Source: Acidobacteriota bacterium (GTDB lineage Bacteria; Acidobacteriota; UBA890; WLXD01). Taken from it: DNA of 64,000 nucleotides. Shown here piece by piece: positions 11,477 to 21,960 of this stretch; positions within the stretch are counted from its first letter, which is position 1, and each line of letters starts with the position of its first letter. The notes under the pieces were generated by a model that searched no databases, was not told where the DNA came from, and worked only from the letters and a program-made list of their open reading frames with translations. The DNA lies in NCBI GenBank assembly GCA_965205505.1, contig CBDBHB010000008.1, forward strand, positions 608,001 to 672,000. Direction: 5' to 3'. The position numbers and the translations under genes are program-made.

Positions 11477-11492
11477 TAGAATGATCAGTCCA
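11477..11492. promoter_or_regulatory. Putative TetR operator upstream of the MMPL operon
   Basis: TAGAATGATCAGTCCA is an imperfect palindrome; a related copy TGGAACGATCAATCAA lies at 12123-12138 before tetR. Confidence 0.5.
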
Positions 11493-11514
11493 TGTTTTGC
11501 GAAAAAAAAGTGGC

Positions 11515-12102
11515 TCACGCCGCCTCCATCGTGCTCAGCAATGCTCGCATGGCACCTAGCGCGACCGGCTTGCTATCAGGCACCTTGCTGAGCAAGGCTG
11601 CCCCCTGCACGGTAACGATCAACAGATTGCCGAGGTCCTCGGGATCCAGATGCGCGCCGATCTCGCCATCGGCCTGCGCCCGATTCAGGGTAGCGACGAA
11701 ATCCTTGCGCAGTTGCTCGAGCGCTCGCTTTAGGCAAGCGCCCACTTCCGCGTCGTGGGGCCCGAACTCGGCGACGGTGTTACCCACCAGGCAACCGCAG
11801 TCCTGTTCCGTGCCGAGCTGCTCCCACCGTGCCATTACTCGCTTGAGGTTGTCGAGCGCCGAGCCTGGGGCGCGCAGCATCGACCGGACGGCACCCACCT
11901 GGTGGCTGATGTAGAGATCGAGCGCTTCCGCAAACAACTCCCGCTTGTTGCCGAATGTGTCGTACATGCTCTGCCGACCGATGCCCATGGCGTCGAGCAA
12001 TTCCGTGACACCCGTCGCCTCGTAGCCCTGTTGCCAGAACAGCTGCATGGCGCGGCCGAGCGCCTCGTCGCGGTCGAATTGCTTGTCGGGTCCTCGTGTC
12101 AT
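11515..12102 (-). CDS. TetR/AcrR-family regulator (NemR/ComR-like)
   Basis: RGPDKQFDRDEAL...FWQQGYEAT...GIGRQSMYDTFGNKRELF; GCLVGN. Confidence 0.9.
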   Translation of the reverse strand: MTRGPDKQFDRDEALGRAMQLFWQQGYEATGVTELLDAMGIGRQSMYDTFGNKRELFAEALDLYISHQVGAVRSMLRAPGSALDNLKRVMARWEQLGTEQDCGCLVGNTVAEFGPHDAEVGACLKRALEQLRKDFVATLNRAQADGEIGAHLDPEDLGNLLIVTVQGAALLSKVPDSKPVALGAMRALLSTMEAA

Positions 12103-12180
12103 GAGCGTCAAGGTAGCAAACCTGGAACGATCAATCAATGATTTATTCGAGAAAAGTCGCCCCTTTCCTATCGGCGCCCA

Positions 12181-12240
12181 CTAGTGGCCTGCAACAGACA
12201 ATCGTTACAGGCCACTAGTGCTCCTTATCAGGAGTACTAG
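12181..12240. repeat. Two stacked CTAG-bounded palindromic mini-elements
   Basis: CTAGTGGCCTGCAAC...GTTACAGGCCACTAG (12181-12218) shares a CTAG with CTAGTGCTCCTTATCAGGAGTACTAG (12215-12240). Confidence 0.7.
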
Positions 12241-12287
12241 TATCGGAGCTCCGCACGTCAGACTCGTCGACTCGCTGGAGCAAGCCC

Positions 12288-12524
12288 TTGCCGGCCATTC
12301 GTACTCTCGCTGCCTTGATGTTGGTGGCAGGAGTGGGAGGATGCGCCCCGAGCGACGGGCCGCCGTTGATCGTCAAGCCCACCTTCGAGCTGCTCGGCGA
12401 GGAACTTCTGCGGCTCGGTCGACACGAGGAGGCAACTGCGGCATTCCAGCGCGCCGCGGAGCGGGCTCCAGGCCGCGCCGCGGCGGTTCGCGGACTGGCC
12501 CGGTCGCGCACCTCGGCGCGATGA
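12288..12524 (+). pseudogene. Short lipoprotein-signal + TPR fragment, probably internally deleted
   Basis: VGGC lipobox-like signal followed directly by KPTFELLGEELLRLGRHEEATAAFQRA, a TPR-like C-terminus. Confidence 0.4.
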
Positions 12525-12584
12525 CAGCGATGGTCCAAGGCAGCCACGACGCGCGCCGACGCTACGGCCTCTGCGGCGGCGTGG

Positions 12585-13214
12585 CTACAAACTCGGAGAG
12601 ACGCGCCTCGCCGCGACGATGACCTCCGGATCGAGCTCCGCGGCGTGCGACGTGCTGGGTTCCTTCGTCTGGTGTGGCTCGCTGCGTCGGGTGAGCGAGT
12701 GCTTCGTGGCGAGCTCTTCGCCGTCCCGCAACCCCACGAAGCTCAGCACGACGTGGTCCTCGTCGATGAATGCGACAGCTAGCTCGCGGGTGTGGTACGC
12801 GTTCGGCGTCGTGAGATTCGTGACGTCGACGAACTCGAAGCGAAGCATCGCGCTTTCCGGGTCGTACGACGCAGCCCGCATGCGCGGCTGATTGCCGGCA
12901 TTGCAATAGTGGGTCAGCCGCAGATCGCCACCGTCCATATGGTAGACGCTGCTCATCGGCGGATCACCGACAAACTCCTCGATGAGCGCCGAGCCCTCGC
13001 CGGTGAGGTGATACTCCACGACGCGGCCATACTCCTGCTCGTCCCACGTTCCGACCAGCGTCTTGAGACGCTCGAACATTGGCGCGAAGTCGTCGTCCGG
13101 GTTGATCGCAGGCGCGGATCCTGCTGTCGACGCGGCCACACCAGGCAGCGCCACCACCAACGCAACAGCGACGACGCTCGCTGCAGTCAAGGTCAGCCAA
13201 TTGAGTCTTGTCAC
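12585..13214 (-). CDS. Secreted conserved hypothetical protein (THYCxxGNQPR motif)
   Basis: GTG at 13214 after GGAGG; signal peptide; FERLKTLVGTW...MSSVYH...LTHYCNAGNQPRM. The 3' end is uncertain. Confidence 0.65.
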   Translation of the reverse strand: MTRLNWLTLTAASVVAVALVVALPGVAASTAGSAPAINPDDDFAPMFERLKTLVGTWDEQEYGRVVEYHLTGEGSALIEEFVGDPPMSSVYHMDGGDLRLTHYCNAGNQPRMRAASYDPESAMLRFEFVDVTNLTTPNAYHTRELAVAFIDEDHVVLSFVGLRDGEELATKHSLTRRSEPHQTKEPSTSHAAELDPEVIVAARRVSPSL

Positions 13215-13286
13215 ACCGTGCCTCCGGTAAGGGGACCTCGTTGGAGCGCGCGCCGGTCGGCGCAGCGCAAACACGTTTCCCGGTGG

Positions 13287-13313
13287 GACTCGATCACGAG
13301 CACGTTCGTTACA
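13287..13313 (-). promoter_or_regulatory. Putative ECF-sigma promoter
   Basis: TGTAAC-N18-GTC, same spacing as the motif before the sigma gene. Confidence 0.5.
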
Positions 13314-13336
13314 ACGAGCGCCCGCACCGCCGTCTT

Positions 13337-14077
13337 CTATCCGCCGCCGTTGATCGCCCGGATCTCGACGAAGCCGCCGTACTGGATACTCGGCGAGGAC
13401 ACGGCGATACGGCGGGCCTCCTGCGGGTCCGCGGCGCGGATGATCATGAAGCCGGCAATGCGTCCGGTCAGCAGAGTCCCACTGGGCGGCGTGCCCACCG
13501 GCAGACCGTCGACCAGCCCGACCACCGACTCGACCACGCCCTGTTCGGCCAGCGCCTGGATCCACTCGCCCATCTCGGTGGCGACCTGATCGGCAAGCTC
13601 GGGGCCCTCCGCGGTGGCCGTCATGATGAGCAGGTAGCGATCTCCTTCGGCAAGAGTCGGGGTCGATTCTTGCCGAAGGGCGTCGTAGCCAGTCGCCAAC
13701 GCTACACCGAGCCCAACCAGAGCTATTGAGGCGGCGGCACGCCACAGCAGGCCTGTCCAATCGATTCCGTCGACTGCCTGGCCGGTCGGGCTAGTGCCGG
13801 GCTGGTCCTCGTCCGGGCGCGTACGCGTAGGCGGGGGCGCATCCAGCTCCGCACCGAACTCCTCGCGAACACTGGCTTGCAAACGCTCCAGTCCATTCGC
13901 TCGCGGCTCCGGAATCAGCGCTGCGAACAGCTCGCCCCACAGCTGCTCGATTCCCGCGGCCTCGGCAGCGCACACCTCGCAGCCGGCAATGTGTTGCCTT
14001 AGCTCATCGATCTGCGCCTGGTCGAGCGGCTCGACATGAGCATCGATCATCAGCTCGCGAGCGCGATCGCAGCTCAT
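13337..14077 (-). CDS. Zinc-finger (zf-HC2) anti-sigma factor with TM helix and C-terminal YciI-like domain
   Basis: MSC...HIAGCEVC (HxxxCxxC); TM helix; IAGFMIIRAADPQEARRIA...P...GGFVEIR. Confidence 0.75.
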   Translation of the reverse strand: MSCDRARELMIDAHVEPLDQAQIDELRQHIAGCEVCAAEAAGIEQLWGELFAALIPEPRANGLERLQASVREEFGAELDAPPPTRTRPDEDQPGTSPTGQAVDGIDWTGLLWRAAASIALVGLGVALATGYDALRQESTPTLAEGDRYLLIMTATAEGPELADQVATEMGEWIQALAEQGVVESVVGLVDGLPVGTPPSGTLLTGRIAGFMIIRAADPQEARRIAVSSPSIQYGGFVEIRAINGGG

Positions 14078-14599
14078 CGCTCACCGTCCCGGAGAGAATC
14101 GACGATCGATTTGAGCTCGCGGACGGCCCGGTGCACGCGAACACGAACCGCTCCTTCGCTGATGCCGCAGTGCTCGGCAAGCTGCGCATATCCGAGCTCC
14201 CGGATCTGACTCATCACCAGGAGCTCTCGCTTTTCCGGGGCCAGGCGCTCGAGGGCTTCCCGCAGCACCACTACCCGGTCGTCGTCGGGCGGTGTCACCT
14301 GTTCCAAGTCGGCTGCCTCGGTCGCCAGCTCGCGAACGGCGGTGCCTTCCTTGCTTTTGGCGCGCAGATGATCGATGCAGACATTGGCGACGATGCGGTA
14401 CAGCCACGTCGAAAATCGGGCCGTTCCCTTGAAGCCCTTACGGTAGCGAAGCACCCGCAGGAACGACTCCTGCACCAGGTCGTCTGACGTGTGGCGGTCG
14501 CCGACCATCCGATAACACTGGGCGAAGACCTTCCGGGAGTGGCGCTCGAACAGTGTGCCCAGGAGGTCGAGATGACCCTCCTGTATGGCCTTCATCATG
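14074..14599 (-). CDS. ECF RNA polymerase sigma factor
   Basis: DDLVQESFLRV...FSTWLYRIVANVCIDHLR; region 4 ISEGAVRVRVHRA; coupled to the anti-sigma gene. The start is approximate. Confidence 0.9.
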
Positions 14600-14679
14600 A
14601 TTTCGTCGCATGGATAGACCACGCACCGCGCTCGGGTCGACTCGCCGCCAGGCTGTAACGAAGCTCGCACGCTCGGTTA

Positions 14680-14706
14680 GACCGTACCAGCGAGGAATTT
14701 GTTACA
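14680..14706 (-). promoter_or_regulatory. Putative autoregulatory ECF promoter
   Basis: TGTAAC-N18-GTC (followed by TAA) upstream of the sigma gene. Confidence 0.55.
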
Positions 14707-14989
14707 GCCCGTGGTTCGAAAGCGCGCCGGGCTCAGCGAGCGCACCTCACCTCATAGGAGTTGCCGTATCAGCAGGCCAGCGAGCAGTACGAGCGGCGTT
14801 ATAAGGATCAGTACGGGCGTAATCTCCACGATATCCGGGCGTCGCATGTTCTTCGTTCCTCAAGGGGATCGTTCGTGGCTTATTTGCCCGTCGGTCGCTT
14901 GGCGCTTCGCCTCATGTGACCGGCGTGTAAGGACGATCACACTGGATCGTCCTGCGCCCATCGTCCTTGCTCGAGCCAGATCCTGGCGC

Positions 14990-17011
14990 TCACTCGCGCA
15001 GCACCACCATCGGGTCGACGCGTGTTGCGCGGCGAGCCGGTAGCAAGCATGCAACCGTCGCCACTGCGAGCAGCAGCAACGGCACGACAACAAAAGTGGT
15101 CGCGTCAGTGGCACCAATACCGTAGAGCAGCGAGCCCATGAACCGCGTCAAGAAGAGGGCGGCTCCAACCCCCAGCGCCAACCCCACCCCAGCGACACGT
15201 AGCCCCTGGCCCAGCACCATGCGCAGCACTCCGCCGGCCTCAGCGCCAAGGGCCATGCGGATACCGAGCTCCCGGTAGCGCTCCGCAACCGAGTACGACA
15301 TGACACCGTATGTTCCTACCGTGGCGAGGGCGAGCGCCACCGAGCCGAAGATCCCCAGTAGCAGCGTCATGAACCGCGGCCTCGCCACCGCCGAGTACAG
15401 AGCGCTACTCATGGTCTGCACATCGGCCAACGGCAACGTCGGGTCGAGCGACCAGACCGCCTGGCGCGCCTGCCCCGCCACCTCGATCGGCGGCACTGTG
15501 GTGCGCATGACCACGTTCATGCTGCGCGGCGCAAAGTTCACCACCGCCGCAACCTGCGGGGTATAGAAGTACAGCTCGGTGCCGGTTTCGTTCTCGACAC
15601 CGTCCTGCTTGACGTCTGCCACCACCCCGACGATCGACATCCAGGGGTTGTCGTCACCGCAGCACGATCGCAGACGGCGTCCGATGGAACTCTCGCCCGG
15701 GAAGAATACCGACGCCAAGGTCTCGTTGACGATGGTGACGGGCTGGGCTCCTTCGCCCATATCCTGATCGCCGAACGGTCGTCCCTCCACCAGGTCGATT
15801 GCCATGGTGTTGAAATACCCGTCGGTCACCCACTGATAGAAGTCGACATTGTGCGGCGGGCCGTCCTCGGTGCGTTCGACGCCCTCGAACTCGGTGTCGT
15901 TGGCGTCGAGACGGCGGCGCGGAGGCAATCCACTCATCGCCGTTGCGGCAGCGACGCCCGGTATGGCGCCGAGCTTGTCGACCAGCTGGTTGAAGAAGGC
16001 GATCTGGGCGCGCCCGTCGGCGTACTCGGCGCTCGGCAAGTACAGTCGGAAGGTCAGCAGCGCTTCGGGATCGAATCCCGGATCGACGCTTTGGAGCTCG
16101 TCGAAGCTTCGCAGCATGAGCCCGGCGCCGATTACCAGCACCACCGCCAGCGCGATCTCGCTGACCACGAGCAAACGTCTCAGCCGCAGCTTTCCGAACC
16201 CGCTGGTGGATCGCTCGCCCCCCTCGCGCAGCGAGTTGGACAGGTTCCGCACCGTCATGTGCATCATCGGCGCCAATCCGAACAGCAGACCGGTGAGCAA
16301 CGACACCACGGTAGTAAAGACCAGCACCGAAGCATCGAGCGAGATGTCGTTGATACGCGGCAGCGAGTCGGGGCTGGTGGCGAGCAGCGCCCGCAATCCC
16401 CAGTTGCCGAGCAAGAGGCCAGCGGCACCGCCGGCGAGTGCCAGTAGGGCGCTCTCGGTGAGGAACTGGCGCACCAGCCGGCCGCGACTGGCGCCCAGGG
16501 CCGTGCGCACGGCGATCTCCTTCTGTCGGGCTTCGGATCGCGCCAGCAGCAGGTTGCCGACGTTGGCGCAGGCAATCAGCAGGACGAACCCGACGGCGCC
16601 GAGCAACAGCAAGAGCGCCGGGCGCACCTCGCCGACCACCTCGTCGCGCAGCTCCGTCAGGTGCAACGGATGCCCCTCGAGACTGGGTACGTGGCCGTCA
16701 GGAACACGATCGCGCCATTGGTCCAGCAGCCCGGCAAGCTCCGCTTCTGCGGCTCCCGGGGTGGCCCCGGCCGCTAGCCTGCCCACCGAGAACAAGAAGT
16801 GGTTGCCGCGCGGGCGCGGCGCTGCCGCGTCCAGCTGCAGCGGCGCCCAAACTTCCGTACCGTTGTCGTTGATATCGAAACCGGCCGGCATGACGCCGAC
16901 GATGTCGCTCGTCTGGCCGTTGATCTCGACGGTCTCTCCAACCGCCGCATCACGGCCGCCGAAGGCCCGCTGCCACAACTCCCACGACAACACCACCGCC
17001 AGCGACCCTCC
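14990..17011 (-). pseudogene. ADOP-family permease, 5' part removed at the IS3 end
   Basis: LLIACANVGNLLLARS...RELGIRMALGA...RATRVDPMVVLRE; permease homology stops exactly at the IS terminus (17012). Confidence 0.85.
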
Positions 17012-17045
17012 TGACCTGACCCCACGGTTAGTACCACGTCTTATC

Positions 17046-17939
17046 TCAGTAACTCGGTGCTGACAAGGGGTTGTTGAGGCCGGCGAAGCGGAGCGTAGCC
17101 GGCTTCAACAACAGCGCCTCCGGGGCCGGTGGTCGGTAGCCCAACGAGCTGTGCGGTCGCATGCGGTTGTACTGCTGCCTCCATCTCTCGATCAGAACCT
17201 TTGCCTCCTTGAGCGTGTAGAAGATCTCGCCGTTGAGCAGCTCGTCTCGGAGCTTGCCGTTGAAGCTCTCCACGTAGCCGTTCTCCCACGGCGAGCCCGG
17301 CTCGATGAACAGCGTGCCCACACCGAGCCTACCGAGCCAGTCGCGAACCGCCTCGGCGGTGAACTCCGGTCCGTTATCGGACCGGATGTGCTCAGGTATG
17401 CCCCGGTGCACGAACAACCACCCGAGCCGCTCGAGCACGTCCTCACAGTTGAGCTTCCGTGCCACGTCGATCGCCAGGCTTTCTCGTGTGTACTCATCGA
17501 CGATCGTCAGCAGCCTCATAGCCCGACCCTCGTGCGTCCGGTGATGAACGAAGTCATACGCCCAGACGTGATCTTTGCGCTGTGGTCGCAGCCGGATGCA
17601 CGAGCCATCGCTGAGCCACAGCCGGGCTCGTTTGGGCTGCTTTGTCGGTACTTTCAGCCCCTCACGCCTCCAGATACGCTGCACTCGTTTGTGGTTCACC
17701 CACCAGCCCTCCATACGCAACAACGCCGTCACTCGCCGATACCCGTAGCGCCCGTATTGTCGGGCTAGATCCACGATCCGCTCCGTCAACATCTGCTCAT
17801 CGCCCGGTTCTCTTGGCATGTACCTGTGTGTCGTGCGTGGTTGTTTCAGTACCCGGCACGCCCGCCTCTCGGAGACGCCCAGCCGCCCCCGTACATGCGC
17901 CACCGCCTCGCGCCGTCGAGCTGGGCTCAGAAGTTTCCC
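17046..17939 (-). CDS. IS3 transposase OrfB (DDE), expressed by -1 frameshift
   Basis: [39 protein letters not shown]. Confidence 0.9.
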   Translation of the reverse strand, partial: GKLLSPARRREAVAHVRGRLGVSERRACRVLKQPRTTHRYMPREPGDEQMLTERIVDLARQYGRYGYRRVTALLRMEGWWVNHKRVQRIWRREGLKVPTKQPKRARLWLSDGSCIRLRPQRKDHVWAYDFVHHRTHEGRAMRLLTIVDEYTRESLAIDVARKLNCEDVLERLGWLFVHRGIPEHIRSDNGPEFTAEAVRDWLGRLGVGTLFIEPGSPWENGYVESFNGKLRDELLNGEIFYTLKEAKVLIERWRQQYNRMRPHSSLGYRPPAPEALLLKPATLRFAGLNNPLSAPSY

Positions 17940-18205
17940 TCCGCGACTTCCTTCAGGATCGACAGGTCGAGCTCTTTCTCCGCCACCAGTTTCTTGAGCC
18001 GGGCGTTTTCTTTCTCCAGCTGCTTGAGCCTTCTGGCCTGGTTGACCTTCAGCCCCCCGTACTCCCGCCGCCACCGATAGTAGGTGTGCTCGGTGATCGC
18101 TAGCTTGCGGCAGGCATCCTTGACCGTCCCGCCTTGCGCCTGCTCCACTTCAGCCTCCCGGAGCTTGCGTACGATCTGCTCGGCGCTGTGCCTCTTCGTC
18201 GGCAT
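17927..18205 (-). CDS. IS3 transposase OrfA
   Basis: [15 protein letters not shown]...[11 protein letters not shown]...[13 protein letters not shown]; ends at the GGGAAAC slippery site (17933-17939). Confidence 0.9.
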   Translation of the reverse strand: MPTKRHSAEQIVRKLREAEVEQAQGGTVKDACRKLAITEHTYYRWRREYGGLKVNQARRLKQLEKENARLKKLVAEKELDLSILKEVAEGNF

Positions 18206-18384
18206 TCTGACCTCCCCTTTTCGACCCAGATCGTGAGATTACCTCTGGATCCGTTTTGGGGGGTCAGGTCAGTTCTCCACGAGAAGAATCTTCCGGGCGA
18301 GGATGTTTCTTCCTCACGCATGCTGCTCCTCCCCAAGCGGGATGCGACCCGCTGTTTGCGCGCCGGCAGGTAGCCATGAAGCCT

Positions 18385-20010
18385 CTACTGCAAGTAAAAC
18401 TGGACCGTCATCATGAGCTGTGTCTTGACCGGTAAACCGTCGACGACGAACGGCTCGTAGCGCCATTGCTCGATAGCCTCACGGGCTGCAGCGTCCAGGA
18501 GCGGATCTGCGCTTTTGGTCACGGCGATGCGCTCTATACGACCGGCGAGCCCGAGGACGCCTTCGAGAGCCACCTTTCCCTGGATACGGGCGGCGCGCGC
18601 CTGCTCCGGATAGTTCGGGTCCACGAAGTGAGTACGTACGGGAGGCTCCCTGTCGCCGACGGAGACCACCTCGCGCACTACCAGGCGCCGACGACCGTTC
18701 TCGACCGTGAACCACAGATCCTCTGACCGGGCCAGGGAAGCCAGCGCGGCCGCTACCGTACTGTTGCGAGCTACCAGAGTTACCAGCCTGCTATCACCCA
18801 GCTGCGAGGTGTCCAGCTCGAAGCCACCGAGCCCGGCAAGCTGTTCAAGCACATCGTGCAGTCCCCTGCTCTCGAACGCGACATTCGCCCGCCTCCCACC
18901 GCCTCGAAGCTCGAGCAGATGCGGGAAGTCTGCCGTCAGGTCGGCTTGCGCGGCCAGTCGGTGGATCTGCGGGAGATTCGCATCGCCCGAGGCAGCCTCC
19001 TGCGGCGTCCCGTACGCGCCAGCCACGATCGAGACGGTGAACGCCATGGCTGCCAAAGTCAGTGCCAAGCGGTGTTTCTTCATGACGACGAGCCTCCCGC
19101 CTTTGTGAATGTGGCGCAGTCGCGCCGAGAACACAGACGTGGTGGGTATCAACAGCGCAAGTTCACCGGCTCCGTGAACAAAGCCGAAACGGAGCGTGCG
19201 CGCGAGAGCTTGTGCGTAGGTGCGTGCGTCCACTCCGGAGCGCAGGACCGCTTCGTCACACGCAAGCTCGGTGGTGCGGTGCAGGCGGGTGAGCACGAGC
19301 CAGGCGACCGGGAAGAAGTAGAGAGCCACTAGCACAGGTAGTGCAGCGATCCGCTGAAGCGGATGCCCGAGCCTGCGATGAGCATCTTCATGCGCGACCA
19401 CCGCGCCCAGCTGCCCGGCAGTGAGCGCCTCGCACAATACGCGCGGCAAGATGATGCGTGGTCGCCACAAACCGATGAGGCTCGGCATGATCGGCCGATC
19501 CACCACCGCGATTCGCGCTGGATCCACCCCATGACGGCTGGCGAGCTGGGCGAGCCGCACGGGGATCGACGATGTCGTCGAACCGGAAAGCAGGCGCAGG
19601 ACACCTGACCTCCGACGCCACAGCGTCGCCGTCACCGCAAACGCACCAAGCAGCCATGCCGCCGTGAGAATCCCGAAGAAAGCACTCTCACCAGTGAAGC
19701 TCGCGGACGGATGGGTCCACGGCGGAGGCACGAATACGGCGTTCAACCCACGCACGGCTGTCGTCACCGTCACGCTAGCTGACGGGGCTCGGAAATATGT
19801 GAGCCATTCAGCTGCCCACGGTGCCAGCAGCGACACCGGCAGCATCAGCTTCAGTAGCCCGATCCACCAGAGGTAACAGCGAAGACGGGCGGGTCCGCCG
19901 CGCAGCACACACTCCAGCACCAGGAGCACGGCGACGACAAGCGCGCTCTGCCACAGATGAACGGCGAACGCGCCCCAGAACGCAACGTAGTCCACCTCCA
20001 GAAGGCTCAT
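18385..20010 (-). CDS. BlaR1/M56 metallopeptidase fused to a TonB C-terminal domain
   Basis: HLWQS; AHEDAH (HExxH); ELACDE; C-terminal YPEQARAARIQGKV...AIEQWRYEP...V. Confidence 0.85.
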   Translation of the reverse strand: MSLLEVDYVAFWGAFAVHLWQSALVVAVLLVLECVLRGGPARLRCYLWWIGLLKLMLPVSLLAPWAAEWLTYFRAPSASVTVTTAVRGLNAVFVPPPWTHPSASFTGESAFFGILTAAWLLGAFAVTATLWRRRSGVLRLLSGSTTSSIPVRLAQLASRHGVDPARIAVVDRPIMPSLIGLWRPRIILPRVLCEALTAGQLGAVVAHEDAHRRLGHPLQRIAALPVLVALYFFPVAWLVLTRLHRTTELACDEAVLRSGVDARTYAQALARTLRFGFVHGAGELALLIPTTSVFSARLRHIHKGGRLVVMKKHRLALTLAAMAFTVSIVAGAYGTPQEAASGDANLPQIHRLAAQADLTADFPHLLELRGGGRRANVAFESRGLHDVLEQLAGLGGFELDTSQLGDSRLVTLVARNSTVAAALASLARSEDLWFTVENGRRRLVVREVVSVGDREPPVRTHFVDPNYPEQARAARIQGKVALEGVLGLAGRIERIAVTKSADPLLDAAAREAIEQWRYEPFVVDGLPVKTQLMMTVQFYLQ

Positions 20011-20408
20011 GACTCCGACTCCCGATTGCTCGACTCGTCGTTGCTGTCGAGCTGTCGCTCGATCTCACGCAAATCGTCCAGATTGAGCGCCTGCATCTGT
20101 GCCAGGTGGCTAAGCAACGGAGCCGCCGCACCGTCGAACAACGAATCGAGCAGCCGCGCGATCTCCTTGCGGATCATCGCTGGCCCGCTCACCAAGGGGC
20201 GATACACCACCGAGCGGCCGGACTTGCCGACGCGCTCGATGGCCCCTTTGTTCTCCAGTCGCTCGAATATCTTGCGGATGGTGGAATACGAGGGCGAGTG
20301 ATTGAGCTGAGCGTGGACGGCACCGGCAGAGGCCTCACCGCTCTGTGACAGCAACCAGAGGCACTGCAGCTCGAACCTGGATAGGTCCGGCAGCTTCTTC
20401 GGTTTCAT
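20007..20408 (-). CDS. BlaI/MecI/CopY-family repressor
   Basis: LSRFELQCL...SYSTIRKIFERLENKGAI...LLDSLFDG; ATG at 20408 after GGAGG. Confidence 0.88.
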   Translation of the reverse strand: MKPKKLPDLSRFELQCLWLLSQSGEASAGAVHAQLNHSPSYSTIRKIFERLENKGAIERVGKSGRSVVYRPLVSGPAMIRKEIARLLDSLFDGAAAPLLSHLAQMQALNLDDLREIERQLDSNDESSNRESES

Positions 20409-20447
20409 CTCCACCTCCGGAGCGCTTGTGTGACACTTGAAGCACTT

Positions 20448-20477
20448 AGAATGCGGCATCTGTCGCACATCTGTCAA
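20448..20477 (-). promoter_or_regulatory. Sigma70-like promoter of the blaI-like operon
   Basis: TTGACA-N18-CATTCT, overlapped by GACAGATG x2. Confidence 0.5.
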
Positions 20478-20499
20478 GCGGCTCGAGGAAAATCTAGCG

Positions 20500-21090
20500 T
20501 TTGATGCAGCGGATGATCTCCCGTTTCGAACCGCCAGGTACAAGAACCCCGATCACGTCGAGACGTACATGATGTCGGCAACCCACAGGCGATCTGGAGC
20601 CCCAACGCTGAAGTCCCGGTTCACGAGATCCAGCACCGGCTGGACATCTGTGCGACGCTGGGTGGTACCTCGGCGTCGTCTCCGGCTCACACCCTCCAGC
20701 CCCGCCTGGCTCATCAGCCGCGCCACTCGCTTGCGCCCCACCCGAACACCGTCGGCGGTCAGCTCCGCGTGGATCCGGGGCACTCCTACGTGCCACGGCT
20801 GTCGGCGTGGATCTCGGCGATCCTTGCTTGCACTGTGCGTCGCGCCGCGCTCTAGCCAAGAGCGGTCGCTTACGCCACGCGTAGCACCCGCTGGTGGAGA
20901 CCTCCAGCACTCGGCACATCGCGGCCACGAGGTACTAAGCCTGGTGGCCGCTCACGAACTCCAAGACCTCTTCGGCACCGAGCCGGTCTCCTGAGACAAC
21001 CAGGCCGCGGCTTTGCCAGGACTCCCGCTCCAGCCTCAGCTGGCGGTTCTCACGCCGCAGCCGGCGCAGCTCCTCGTGCTCCGCGGTTAC
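20500..21090 (-). pseudogene. Decayed, truncated IS3-family transposase
   Basis: EELRRLRRENRQLRLER (orfA end); MCRVLEVSTSG; RIHAEL...GRKRVARLM...DLVNRDF...PDRLWVADI; frameshifted. Confidence 0.85.
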
Positions 21091-21779
21091 CTAAGTCAGA
21101 AGCGGCCCCGGGCAAGTAGGTCGAGGTGACCAGCTCCGGCCGTGCACACGAGAAAACTAGCGGGGGACTTGTGCTCGCCATTCGCTGCGCGCCGGTTCGA
21201 CCTCGTGAAGCAGGGGTGCGAACTTGATGGCAATTGTCTTGGCCGCATCCGCATCCTGAATGACCAGGTGATCATTGCGCAGGCACGGCAGGGCGAATCC
21301 AGCAAGTGCTCCAAGTCCCGAAACACTCCGCCCTCGTTCTGGATGGGAAGACTGCGACCCAGGAACTCGACGAGTGGGAACATCCGCGCCCAGGCATTCG
21401 GTAAAGCTGCGTGCGGCGCGATGCCTGACATAACGAGCGCTATCGGAACTGATCCCGACCTGCGGTTCGTAATAGTCGTCCCAACTTCGCTGGAGCGTTC
21501 CGATTCTGCTTCGTGGGCTTCGAGGCATTGTATTTAACAAGCGGACATTGTGTGGTATGTCGCTGTGATTACTTTCCTTGAGATCAATGACCACGTATCT
21601 ACAACACAGGGGTCACAAATGAAGCATGTTCATACGCTACGAAACACTACAAAAGTTAACGTAAGACTTTTTGAAATCTTTCTAACGCGCGGTTTAGCGG
21701 AGAAAAGCCCTTAGAGTGGTCCTCGGATCGGAACCGAATTCCTTGCGGATACCCCTATCCCCTGCCGTCTCAAGCGCTG

Positions 21780-21960
21780 ATCGTGAGCAGGTCTTCCTCT
21801 TGATAGCTGGGTTTGGGTTTGACGGCCGCAGCGACGAACCCAGGCTGAATTAGCGGCGGCACACGGCCCACTCGTCGTTCTGCTCGGCAAGCACGGCTCC
21901 AACCCAGGCGGATCAGCGCCGAGCGGTTCGGGAAGATTCCGACCACGTCAGTGCGGCGTC
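21780..21960 (-). pseudogene. IS256-family transposase C-terminal remnant
   Basis: RRRTDVVGIFPNRSALIRL matches the IS256 C-terminal motif. Confidence 0.7.

Larger units (their letters stand above)
17012..18271 (-). mobile_element. IS3-family insertion sequence (IS407-like), 1260 bp
   Basis: Terminal inverted repeats TGACCTGACCCC / GGGGTCAGGTCA; orfA and orfB; no target duplication seen. Confidence 0.92.
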
